From positions 1 through 34,041 of the forward strand of contig ADNK01002562.1 of the NCBI GenBank assembly GCA_000320545.1: a stretch of 34,041 bases of DNA. The letters run 5' to 3'. The translations under genes were made by a program, and so were the position numbers. This DNA is from Bigelowiella natans CCMP2755 (taxonomy: Eukaryota > Protista > Cercozoa). Of this stretch, positions 10,785-22,614 are shown one piece after another. Numbering within the stretch: position 1 is the stretch's first letter; every line of letters starts with the position of its first letter. The notes beneath the pieces are model-generated. The model saw nothing but the letters and a program-made list of their open reading frames with translations. It ran no database searches and was not told the origin of the DNA.

Positions 10785-12468
10785 GTGTTGGATGCAAGTA
10801 TACGGGTACTTGACGGCAGTAAAAACTTTATTTTCTAGCTCAAAACACGATTCTAACAAACGGTGAAATGGTGATCATATTGAAACTTTGTGTCATCAGC
10901 CTGAATATACTAGAATGTGCTGCGTATTATGGGAGCCTGGATATCTGCCAACACCTCGTCGATGTGTGTGGGATGGAGATAGTTGCGAAGAGGACTCCTG
11001 AATCTGAACCTGAGTGCTCTGCACTCATCTGGGCCATAAAGAAGAAAAAACTGAGGGTCTCTATCCATCATGATCAATCATCATCACTTAACGATCCCCT
11101 TTTGATTTTTCCTCAAATTCTTCTTCCCCCCCCCCCCTCCCCCCAAATTCTCTCCTCTTTTCCTGCCACGAACCTCCACAACGACATCGAAGATTGTGCG
11201 GTATCTAGTCGAGAAGAATGCTAGCCTGTGTATAGATCGCCGATATCACTATTTTCGCAGTGATGCGATGAACAGCAGTGACGGAGGAGGCTTCTCTCGC
11301 CATAATGGGGACGTTTGTGAGAGCTCCTTGGAAGATGCAAACACCGCTCTACATTTTGCCGCGGAGAGATCAGCAGAAATTACTTCTTACTTGGTCAAAG
11401 CCAAGGCGGATATGTCCCTCCGCAATGCACAAGGGCTAACAGCTCTCGAATTAGCGGTGGCAGGAGACCACGAAGACACCTTCAGGGTAGCAATATCTTC
11501 TATTTCATTTCCAATGGTGTAAGTCGTGGAATAGGGGTGGGGACGTCGTTCGAGAGCGGGTGGAAAAGTTACTTCGTGGTAGTATTCATTGGCGATTAAA
11601 GCTAGTTTGCTGATATCAATTTAGGCTTTGATTCGGGCAGATACATCTACCATGCACAAGTTGCTGTTCACCTTAGTAGACGGGAGAAAGAACCGTTGTT
11701 TCCGGGCCTTTTTAGAGGAGGGCGGCGTGTTGGTATGGAAGCTGCAGCAGCAGAGCGTTCGGAAACATTACTTCTCGGCGATGATGAAGAAGCAAGACTA
11801 CCAACTGATGGAGGCCCTCCTGGGCGTGGGAGTCATCGATCTCACCACAAAGGCATCATATATCACAACGACGATGATGACGATGATGATAATGATGATA
11901 TGTCGGCGATTTCCTCGACTCGTACTGCCCATACATTGCACCACATAGCTTCGCTTATCGAGTCGTAATGTATATTCGTATCTCAGAATACACGGCTTTT
12001 TGAGGAGGAGAGCATCCTTCTAGCGGCCCTTTGGAGCATTCCCTCACGACTCGATGGGTCCAAGCAATGTGCTAATGCGAGAAAATTCATCAAGCTGCTC
12101 GCGTCGCCCGGAAACGTCAATACCAAAGCGCGGAGCGGTGAAACCCCTCTCACCATCGTGCTGCGACAGATCAAGTCCTTAGACCTTCAAAGGGATATGG
12201 TTGCGGATCTTATAGCCATCAAAGCAGACATCGACGCCCCCGTCGTTTGCAATGATGCTGATGACGTAAGTAGAATTGCACTCATTCAGGGTTTGGTTGG
12301 ATGGAAGAGCGCGCGGGGGGGGATAGTGCACATCTTGTCACCATAGAGACGCTCTATACGTCTCTCCGTGATATTGTAATCTTGCTATTGTAATCTGCTA
12401 AAGCAGCAAATTGTGTGTTGCTTTTCCTGCATGTATGGCATGGTGCCACCACTCTGAAAGCCGCCTCG

Positions 12469-12508
<40 letters not shown>

Positions 12509-13167
12509 ACATAGAAGGAGAAGAAGAGGAGGAGGAGGCGTCAGCCGCACCTCATATTCGAGGTGCTGCGTAAGCGCTTCATCCCCCTTCTAACGTTGAT
12601 CCTGGCTCACACACGCGTCCATGACATCAACAACCTTCGCGATTTAAACGGCAGGACTGTTTGCGGTGCGGCGGTTCTCCATGCTCCGCGGTAAGGACTG
12701 GTTTTCGATTCATTCAAACAGATAACATTAAGTGTTTCTTTTATGGAATCCTCCCCCCCCCCCCCCCCCTTCCCTTCCCTCTCTCCGTGTGTGCACCTTT
12801 AAGTCACAAATCCCTTTTCCCTTAATATATAAGTCGTCTTGACTTCATCCGTCGCTCGTTCAGAGAAGCTGTCCGGTGCTTACTCGACGCAAGAGCCGAT
12901 GTAAACCTTCCGATGAATGCGGACAATGGAGGAACTCCCCTCATTCTGTGCGTGAGAAACTTGACCAACCTCCCCCCCTTACGAATGATGAGGATGGTGG
13001 AATTCTTGATTACGTCTGCAGCTGCCAACTGTTTAGGTGTTATGTTCTCCCTCCTCTATTCTATTTGTATGTTTGTGCGTGAGTAGCTGCTGTCTGTCTT
13101 TTTGGTGCTATACGGCAACTCTCCTTCACATTCTCAGTTGGAAGATTCATGAATGTTGTTGTTGTTC

Positions 13168-13203
<36 letters not shown>

Positions 13204-14209
13204 CCATCTCATCATGCGATTGCTATCAGCTAAGGACAACGGAGGATGCATTGCTGCTGATTATGCAAAGGATATGGTGCGGTCCATTCGCTCTACTGAA
13301 AGGTAAAATTCAAGTGCTAAACATAGTAATCCTCTCTCTCTCTCTCGCTCTCGCTCTCGCTCTCGCTCTCGCTCGTCCCCCCCCCCCCCCCCCCCTTTCT
13401 TCTCTCTGTTGCTCTCATTCGCTCATTCTCCTTCCTCTCTCCACGAGCTTATCGTTCCTTCCTGTGACAAGGTATAAGAGGACACTAGCTACGGAGCGGC
13501 ATGACACCGATAACAAGGCGTACACGTCGGTTTATAAGTACCTGAGGAAAGTTGAGCTGAGGGTAATTGAATTGTTTATCTAGTTTCGGTATCGATTCGG
13601 TGTCGTTTGCCGTATTCATTTGCTTATCGCTCTGGTTTGAAGTCTCGCCCAGCAATGATGTTTCTCCCCTTCGCAGCTGTTTCCGCCCTTATACGCAACA
13701 ATGAGAATACCACCCCATTTGTTCTATTCTTCTGTTGCATTGACTGGTATTGTTGTTGTTGTTGTTGTTGTCGTTTCATTCGCAGTACCGCTGCAGCTGT
13801 GCACTGATGCGGGACGCTCCTAGCATCCACATGCTCTACCCGGACATTGCGGCTGCTTTGAATCTGAAGGCGATTAGCTTCAATTACAAGGAGATTGAAA
13901 GGCTAGGTATTCTTGCGACTACCGTCGCTCTCATGTTCCAGCGTAATTTATGAATTAGCGCAAAATCAGCATTTATACTCACAGAAAGACACATCGTCCC
14001 CACTCCAATGCTGCAGTCTTTGATGATGACTCTGCGTTTTTCTTACTGCACATTCAGTGAGAGACGAGCAAAAGTCCCCCCGACCGCGTCCACGGCCTCT
14101 GAGAGCGGAAGACCTGAGGCACATCTTCGGTGCAAGGGCGCGACACATCCCAGGATTCGGCGAAGGTGTACAGGACGATGGCAGAGGAGACGGGTGTCGC
14201 ACTCAGTAA
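10142..14209 (+). CDS. Multi-exon ankyrin-repeat protein with C-terminal CaaX-like motif
   Basis: Exons give ankyrin motifs LNILECAAYYGSLDICQHLV, SALIWAIKKKKLRIVRYLVEKNA, NTALHFAAERSAEITSYLVKAKADMSLRNAQGLTALELA, NTKARSGETPLTI, DVNLPMNADNGGTPLILC and AKDNGGCIAADYA. Intron phases are consistent through the last exon (14058-14209), which ends GDGCRTQ*. Confidence 0.9.
10728..10774. repeat. (TG)n microsatellite in an ankyrin-gene intron
   Basis: Directly visible. Confidence 0.95.
12474..12506. repeat. (TA)n microsatellite, intronic
   Basis: Directly visible, just upstream of a splice acceptor. Confidence 0.95.
13168..13202. repeat. (GAT)n microsatellite, intronic
   Basis: Directly visible. Confidence 0.95.
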
Positions 14210-14811
14210 CAAGCTTAAAAGAATAAACATCGAGTTTTTAAACTAGACGGATGTAAATCTCGATTCTCGTCGTTGTAACAAAATAAGCATATTGCCCTAT
14301 AGGTCACTTGAGTATTTCGATAATAACTCAATGATCTGAATATAAGCGTCAATTTTACATAGCAAGTGCCACAAAAACTCACGTTGCCTTCAATCCGAGG
14401 GAGGCTGTATCTACCGCAACCGACTGCTACACTACTATGTAAGACGGATGTAACGAATGAGTAAATGCAAACTACATTATATCAATAACCTATAGAAACC
14501 ATCCTAATATAGCTGTGTAAAGCTGCGACTGCTACTCTATGTAGCCAACACACAGGTGCATACGTGCATGCATTAGTAGTGCGTACGAATCATACTTGCT
14601 CGGCATATACGCTAGCACGATGTGTTGCAGCCTTGGGCAATGCAATGCAATGCTCGATTATTATATCACGGCACATATGCGATCAAAAGGCCTTATGATA
14701 ACTGACGCGCAATTAACTAGCAAGCTCTGCGTGCGCAATGAATGAGAACGAGATTTGCATGTCATTAGGTGCAGCTAGCAGCAGCGCATGGACAAATGAC
14801 CTTTATACTAT

Positions 14812-15975
14812 TCATTGACATAATTCGTACAACACAAGGTATGCCTGGCATGCCATGACATCTTCGAACATAATTTTCTTCACACGACTATCTGATATCG
14901 AGTACCACGAGTCACTATTCTCATCACTCTTCACGCCCTTCAGAGCATCTCCTTTCGGCTGGGTACTCGATGATGCAGAAGCTCTCACATAGGCGGTGTA
15001 ATGACCGCCTCTCAATGAACCACGATGTCCAACGACACCGCATAATCTGTATCGACGCGACGCAGCACTAGGATCGCTTCTGCTGCTATTCTGCGTGTTT
15101 TCATGCAGCGTATTTATCTCGCCCGACAAAGCGTGAAACCAGTATTCATACCTGGAAATCGTGGTGGATGGCCAAAGAGAGAGTGAGATGATCAAAAAGT
15201 GCCAGAGCAGAATACGTACTAGTCTACTCTTTTATTTGTGTTTAACAACAACGACTACAATAACATCAACAGTAGCAGAGGTAACCGTGCTCCTGGCGGG
15301 TGCTCGTAGTCCACTTTCACTTGATTGCCCTCAACCTGCACGATGACGATTTTCATGGTAATTAGGGGAGGAGAAGGAGGCGGAGGAGGGGAAAAGGATA
15401 AGGACGATTAATGGCAATCACGGGGTAAGGAGAGGTCGCGGAACATATCAGAAACAACAATGACAGCGGCGATAATAATGCAGCAAAACTGATCTTCATT
15501 ACAATCGAAAACAATTACACGTTCTACTAAAGACGTATCGATTGAAATCCAGAGAGTAACGAATACTTTTTAACCCCCCCCCCTTCCTCTTCCCCTCTCC
15601 CGTTGCCATATCTAACCTCGAGGACGGAACCCTTGACCCAGGATCTGGGGAGCGTTTGCGTATCATGAACGATTACCTGCGAGCCCTTCTTCAGAGAGCT
15701 GAAGACGAGAAATAAGGACAGACGCAAGTAGCGTTAATTAGAATAAATTTAGGGCTTGAAACTAGGGAGATGGAAAATTAAAGATGACGACGACGGCGAG
15801 AAGGAAAGATTCGTGAAAGCACATTCGCGGCGTGATTACGATATCATTGGCGGCCTACTAGCCGACAGTTCCTCCTCGGATGTGTAGGATTTGTAGCGAG
15901 CAAATCTGTATACGATAGACGCGCAATTCGTTTGACGGTCATTTAGCATCTGTGTAGGAGTGCGTGCGTGCGTGC

Positions 15976-16023
<48 letters not shown>

Positions 16024-16166
16024 ACCTCCATAGGCCATGGCAGAGAGAGACCTTCTCATTCCATTGCGATTCCCAGCCCAGGAAGTGCACAATTACCCAC
16101 TCATCACGATCATCGGAGTCCTTCAAAGCCAGCATCCAATGAGCAAGGCATTGATCAATGGAGAGG

Positions 16167-16215
<49 letters not shown>

Positions 16216-19206
16216 AAAACCGCCAATATCAGTATACCAAGGCTACTCTATGATTGATCGATGATGGGGAGAAGGAGTGGTAATCACAAATTCAAACACA
16301 CATGTTCTTTCCTGTGAAATATATTCAATGTTTCATTATCCTCCCCCTCCTCCTCCTCCGTCTCCTCTCTCCTTTCACCCCCTTTCATGCTCTACCATTA
16401 TCATCATCATCACCATCGTCATCATCATTATCATTGTCATCATCGTCATACCCTCTCCTTGATTTCGGCTGCAAGCCATTTCCCATACTGATCCCGACAG
16501 TCAACCCTTTTCCCGCTCCGCAGCTCGCTCTTTCGCACCTCAAAGAACGAGGGGGGGGGGCGATGGTGAGCCTTCTTTAGGTTCTTCTCCGCGTCCCCCC
16601 CCCCCCCCATTGCTTTGGCCTCGCCAGATGGAAGCTCCTCGGTAAGCACATAGGGAGAGATGTCAAGAACCGATGGGAGCTGTACTCGCATCTGCAGCTT
16701 ACGCAAGAACCCTGCCACACGGCTATTGCTGATGCGGCTGACCTGCTGCTGCACGTACCGCTTTACATGCAGGACGAGGACCTGTAGGTGATGATCATGA
16801 TGGTGATGACGATGGCGATGAGCTGTTTCGAAACAACATCGGGAATACACCGTGCAAAATGTCTATGCATCAAGCAGTAGACATACAATATCTTGCAAAC
16901 ACACGTCCTTTCCAGCTCATACTGAGCGAAGGTGGGAACTTAAAATGCGCCGCCGAAGACGAAGCGCCTCACGCCATGCGGCCAATCAGCAGCATACCGT
17001 TGCATTGCTAGCTAGCACCCCCTCACCTTCGGTTGCCTTTTGATAAGTATCTGCTTGGTCGCTTTCGTGCGTAGGGAAGGATTGCTGCTCTTCCGCGTGC
17101 ACACGGCACACCTATATTGCGTGATCGTTTCAGCCTCACTAAAAAGCTTCATACACTCTTGGAGACTCGTCTGACTGCTCAGCGTCACGCTGCTGAACAC
17201 ACGCTTCCGCTCCGGCCTTTCAGGGGGGAGGGGCACGGACAGCTCTGAGAATCTCTGCAGCGTCTCGGTGACTCCCTGACAGCTCTCGCATTTCACGATC
17301 GAGGCTAGCACTCCATCAAAGACCCGTGAGATGAGGGGAGATTGGAGAGTTCCAATGTTGGACTTTTGGTATTGATTCGGCACACAGCTTCCATTTGCAG
17401 AATGATCATTCCCTATAGATGCTAGAGATGGCTGCTGCTGCTGCTGCTGCTGATTGTGGCCCTTCTCATCGTCGTTAGCATCACTTACCTTCCCTGCACC
17501 CGTAATCGTGCCGTTGTAGCTGTTGCTGCTGTCGGTTTCTATGAAGTCCAAAAGATGCCTGGATTGGGTGGTTTGTGTGTGTCGCGAGAGACCGTTGAGG
17601 AAGGGGAGAGAAGGAAGTGGAATTATCAACCAGATCTGTAGATTTCTCTGCATGCAAACTTGACACATTCTTGTATACTTACGACACACACACACACACA
17701 CACACTCACACACACACTCACACACTCACACACTATATCGAATACATTTCAAATTGCAGGGAGTTAGCATCTACTCCAACTGTGCACCACCATCGCATTG
17801 CTGACCCTACATCTTCTATCCGTCTCTATCACTACTTATAGAGTTCCAAGGCATCCTGCTGTCTCCTCTTCCCAAATGCGGGGACCCTTTCCACAATCAG
17901 GTTGAAAAGCTTCGTAGGGTCCACGTATGGTGACGACAGCGAGCACGGCGCTCTGAGGAAGAGGCTATTTATCACGTTCTTCAGTGCAACCTCGACGTCG
18001 CCGATCTTGGGAGAAGGATGATGGAGAGAGGAATGGGTCCTGAGGCTGTTCGAGTATTTCCCCTCTTTGGCTTTGTCAGAAGGGTCCCCGACCATCTCTC
18101 CCGCCTCGCTGCAACTTCGGAGTATTTCGAAACGGAAGCTCCGACTATGAGCAAGAATCTGCACTACGCTGTTGAAGAAACACGTATTCCCAAGGTTCCG
18201 AAGTCCTTTGGGAAAGACGGGTCGTTTTGTGGACTGAAGGCCTTTCCTGACCGTCGCGGTCAGAACCTTCCTTCCTGTAGACCTGCCAGCTGCTGCTGCA
18301 GCTCTAATGGGAGTGGTGTGTGGGGAATAGGACGGGGAAGAGATGTTCGAGTGGTGGGGAAATTTGATTGGCGGCAGAGACCTCGTGCCTATGCCTCCCA
18401 TCGTTGTTGGCCTGGAACGGAGCTGCTTGGAGGATGACTTCGAGAGATTTGATGATTGAGAAAAAGTAGTCTGTGGTGACGTTTGTCGGAGGGAGGGAGT
18501 TGGAGATTTGATGGTGTTGTATCGAGGGTTGTTGGAGGATGAGGCCTTCCTCTTCGACTCTGCAGGACTGATTGGTTTGACCTTATCCGGACGCACAAAA
18601 ATCTAGTAACACAGAAGATGATATCAATATTGATAATGATGCTAACGAACACTTCGTAATCAACATTATAGGTCATCATTACGAGTACCCCATGATATTT
18701 CAAGGCTTTGAAGTATCGAACAGAGTTGACGGAGCCATCATTCTTGCCGATAGCCTAAATTAAAAAACACAAGGAAATTGTTGGAAAGCGTCGAGATGAC
18801 TGTGAACGGTCGGAGTGAAGCTGCATACCCTATCCAGCTCAATCCCGATAAATTCCCTGCTCCTGACATATGTATTATACACAAATATATAAAGAAATGT
18901 GTAGATATAACTAATCAGATGGTATCTCGTGCACCGGCTGCTGCTACCATCACACTATGATAGGACGATGGACAAGACCGAAACGACGTCATTGCATACC
19001 CCTTTCCTTCTATTTTCCCAATGTATCGTATAGTGCCCTGCAACGAAGAAAGACGCAGTCTTAAAGGTCAACGGCCGTCATCGGGGAAAGTGTAACAAGC
19101 AAACCTCCAGAGGACCAGCCAATATCGTTCCACATCGAACTCTCTGGCCCAGGAGCAAAGATTTTTTCGAGGAAGATTGCCTCTTTGAGGACCGACCACT
19201 AAGCAT
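14812..19206 (-). CDS. Ubiquitin-specific protease (peptidase C19) with N-terminal CAP-Gly domain and two inserted Tudor/MBT-like modules
   Basis: Cys box GLRNLGNTCFFNSVVQIL, QQDALE, finger zinc ribbon VKCESC...YRCAVC, VLVLHVKRY, His box YRLCGVVGHRGSLRGGHYTAYVR, and WYSISDSRV...AYLVLYELCQ*. The first five exons (ATG 19206) splice to LLLGQRVRC...GTIRYIGKIEGKG..EFIGIELDRAIGKNDGSVNSVRYFKALKYHGIFVRPDKV, a CAP-Gly domain with the GKNDG motif. Confidence 0.93.
15960..16212. repeat. (GCGT)/(CG)/(TG)n and (GA)n microsatellites in the USP introns flanking one exon
   Basis: Directly visible at ~15960-16018 and ~16177-16212. Confidence 0.9.
17684..17733. repeat. (CA)n / (CACACT) microsatellite in a USP intron
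   Basis: Directly visible. Confidence 0.9.
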
Positions 19207-19942
19207 CTCTCATCGCACGAGCCGGCCCCCTCCCGTGCCCTTTCTCATTAATTAGATCGATCCTGGCAGATGTTCGGATGGGAGTTCTTTCTAAATTGGG
19301 GGGATGAGTGAAGAGCGCAAATCTAGTCAATTTTCTTATTACGACAACGAATTACATGCTCGTAGCAGTCATTGCAGTTACGCCTTCCTGTCTGGTTTCA
19401 GTAAAAAAATTTCAGATGTATCTTCATGTAGATTCTAGGTTGTAGAACCGGGAAGCAATTACACAGTTTTCCACGGTTGGCAAGAATTTTGTCTGGTACT
19501 CGTAGATCTAGACGGCCTTACCAAAACATTTTTCTGGCATGCAATTTTTTACCAAACATGCGAACGGCCTCAGAAGATGGGTATTTCTTATCATGTTTAA
19601 AAAAAAATGATGTCGCATAAGATGAATGTTCTACAGTATGATAAAAAAGAAGGAAAAAGGTAGATCTACCGGTAGTAAAAAGTAAAATTACGGAAGGCAA
19701 TGAAAAACTAGAAAATTTATAAAAAAAACGCCCGATTTTATGTTGTCGAACCACCTGAAGAAAGCTGATCTGAGGCATATAAGCAATAAATGATATGCGA
19801 CAACCAGAATATTATGTCTGAAACTACAAATGGAGGCATTTGTGTCCTTTATGATGATACCGACAAATATGTAATAGTTAAAAATTCGGTGCTTTGAATT
19901 TTTCTTTTAAAATTCTTAGCTTTGAATTTAAAAACACTAGCG
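19207..19942. promoter_or_regulatory. Putative bidirectional promoter between the USP and secreted-protein genes
   Basis: Divergent ATGs, AT-rich, no microsatellites. GTAGATCTA at ~19502 and ~19660, GTAGATTCTA at ~19428. Confidence 0.4.
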
Positions 19943-22325
19943 ATGGCTGCCGCTTCTGTCCCGCGCAGGTGAGCGCTGAGTTTGTGATGTCTCTAAGCTC
20001 ACATGCTAGATAGGCATGGTGTAATGCTATAAATTGTATAAATTCACTTACTGCTATTGCGAGGGAGTGAGTTTATGGTCCTCATTGCAAATGCTGACAC
20101 CGTTTGTTCTTAGACTGGCTGCTCCATGCAAGAGCCTATTTCTGAATGTTCTATTGCTTGCTTCGTTGGGATGTGGTATAATAAAAACAGAAAGAAAAAC
20201 ATTAAGGATGGAAACATGCTTTCACTGCTGTCTTTACTTACAGCATGCTTTTGATATCCTCATCACCAACAGCGTCAGCGCATTCTCACGAAGGAGAGGA
20301 ACAGCAGAATATGAACTCGGTGAATCCCGCCCTCGAGCGTTTCCTAATATAAAATAGTGCTAATATGAACAGAAGGCAACATTGATCTCATCATCCTTCT
20401 TACCGACAAACAGTCTTCAACCGATTTGATGCGATTCCGGCAAGACATCGAACGAGGCACACAAATGGTAAGAGAGAGTTTTTGTCAGCATAACATACAA
20501 CGTAACATGTCTCCTTCCAGTCCCATCTCTGTCGTGCTAAGTTCCATATTGTTACTGCTGCTTTTAATTTGAATACGATTAGCCCGTAGCAGGGGGGAAC
20601 AATGCCGCAGCGAAGCCAAAACATGCATTCAGGTGGGGAGTACGGGTTGAACGTGACCCACAACCCTTCCAAGTCTACAAATCAGGTGATGAAGTTTCCA
20701 TCGCAGATGGATTTATCCTGCCCTATGTTTGGTTTCGCCCTCCTTGTCTTCTTTCCTCCTCCTTGGTCTCCTTCCCCCTTCACTTTCTCCAAGCGAAGTG
20801 GGTTGAACTCCTCGCATCAGTGTTGGTGTCCATTCTCTAAGTCAATTGCTGCTTTCGTCTTAGGAAAAGTAGTGCAATCATCTGTGCCTGTCTCTGCGGG
20901 CGCGACAGCTGCAATACCCGCTCCTGCAACCGCTCAATCACCGCAAAACATTGCTCAGCCGCAGATGCAGCAGGTAGCTCGTCAAACCGCAAGTGGTGAT
21001 GCGACCGCACAGCAGCAACAGCCACCCCAGGTTCAACGCCAAGTTCTCCAGGGCGGCGCTATGGTCAACAGCAATCCGCACCACAGTCAGGCACCTGTCA
21101 GTAGTCAGCAAGCAGCTCAAGCTCAACAGGCAGGCGAAGCTACTCAGCCTGCAGCCGCATCAGCTCTAGCAGCATCGGCAGCGGCTGGAACGGCGGACCC
21201 TCTGCCGCAACACCACCAAGGTGAGGCCAAGCCCCTGTTTGGAGGAGTAGGCAAGAAACTGTTAGGAGGAGTTAAGTCCCTGTTTGGCGGGAAGAAGAAG
21301 AAAAAGGGCCGCAAAGCCAAGAAATTTGGACGCAAAAAAGCCAAAAAGCTGGCGGGCTCGAAGGTGGCCGCAGAGGCGGAGGAAGAGGAAGATGAAGATG
21401 AAGATGAAGAGACCTCTGAGGAAACAACGCCTGGAAGCAATGCGACCGCCCTCGCCTCAAATGCCGCATCGCCATCGTCAAACCCCCTCTACACCAACAC
21501 CACTGCGGCTCAGATGCCTCCAGAGCTTGTGGCTGCGACAATGCCTCCTGGAAACGGAGTGGGGGGTCGTATCAGGTAATGAGAGAGCGATTGCGAGGAG
21601 GGGAGGAGGAGAAGAGGAAGAGGAGGGTAAAGGGGATATCATGCTCTCCCTAATATGTGACGACATCGCTACCATCATTCCTGTTGTTTCATGCACGTAT
21701 AATAACACCCATGCTCTCTCGCTACCATTACCTGTGTGCAGACGAGCAGCCAAAACAACAATAATACCGACATGATACATCCCGTATAGACACACACACA
21801 CACACACGCACACACACACACACACGCACGCAAACAATTAACACGTAATTACATACATTTGACTGATTACATCTCCACCATCATCGCACTCCTTGCTGAA
21901 AATGGAGACTGTTTGCTCTCTTCACTCTTTTTTCTTCCCCCCTTCTATAACTCTCCCACCAGGAACGACAAAACTGGATCGCAGCCTGCCAGTGTGCCTT
22001 TCTTCGGCAAAGAGATCCAGCCAGGGAGGACCCCCCCACGTGTCACTCACGAAATTTCCTACTATGATCAGTTCATTGATGGAGGAGACTCAATGGCCAC
22101 TGACTGTAAGTCTTTCGCTCAGTACTATACTTCGCGTTTCTACACTCTCTGTATAGTTTGTTTTTAATCATGGTTCATTATCATCATTATCATCATTATC
22201 CTCAACATGCAGTTGTACCCGCTATTATTTAATGTTTTCCTACGTTATTAGCCGAAACGCTTATGGGTGCAAATCTGGCTGAAGGATCGATCGAGTAAGA
22301 TATGCAAAGCCTTCTCTCACTTTCG

Positions 22326-22382
<57 letters not shown>

Positions 22383-22614
22383 TGTGTGACACACACACAC
22401 AGTAGCAGCACCCGCGTCCAAATTGGATTGTTGAAACTTGAAACAGGCCCACTTTTATCAACAGTTGTCTGCTTTGAAAAAATGGTCATTCAGTCATTCA
22501 TAATCCCGCAACTGACAATTTTCTTCTAGGGCTGGCCTCAAACAAGGGAAAGAAATGTTCCAGGAGGGCTGCAACTCAGAGTTATGTCCGAAGGGAATCG
22601 GAGAGGAGGAATGA
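19943..22614 (+). CDS. Hypothetical, probably secreted, Gln/Ala-rich low-complexity protein (~9 exons)
   Basis: ATG 19943 MAAASVPRR|LAAPCKSLFLNVLLLASLGC|ASAHSHEGEEQQ (signal-peptide-like). A long exon (~20864-21575) lies within the 325-aa ORF, then NDKTGSQPASVPFFGKEIQ...DSMATD|SETLMGANLAEGSIE|AGLKQGKEMFQEGCNSELCPKGIGEEE* (stop 22612-22614). All junctions are GT-AG. No family recognised. Confidence 0.7.
22328..22401. repeat. Compound (CT)n(GT)n(AC)n microsatellite, intronic
   Basis: Directly visible; the GT and AC tracts are self-complementary. Confidence 0.95.
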
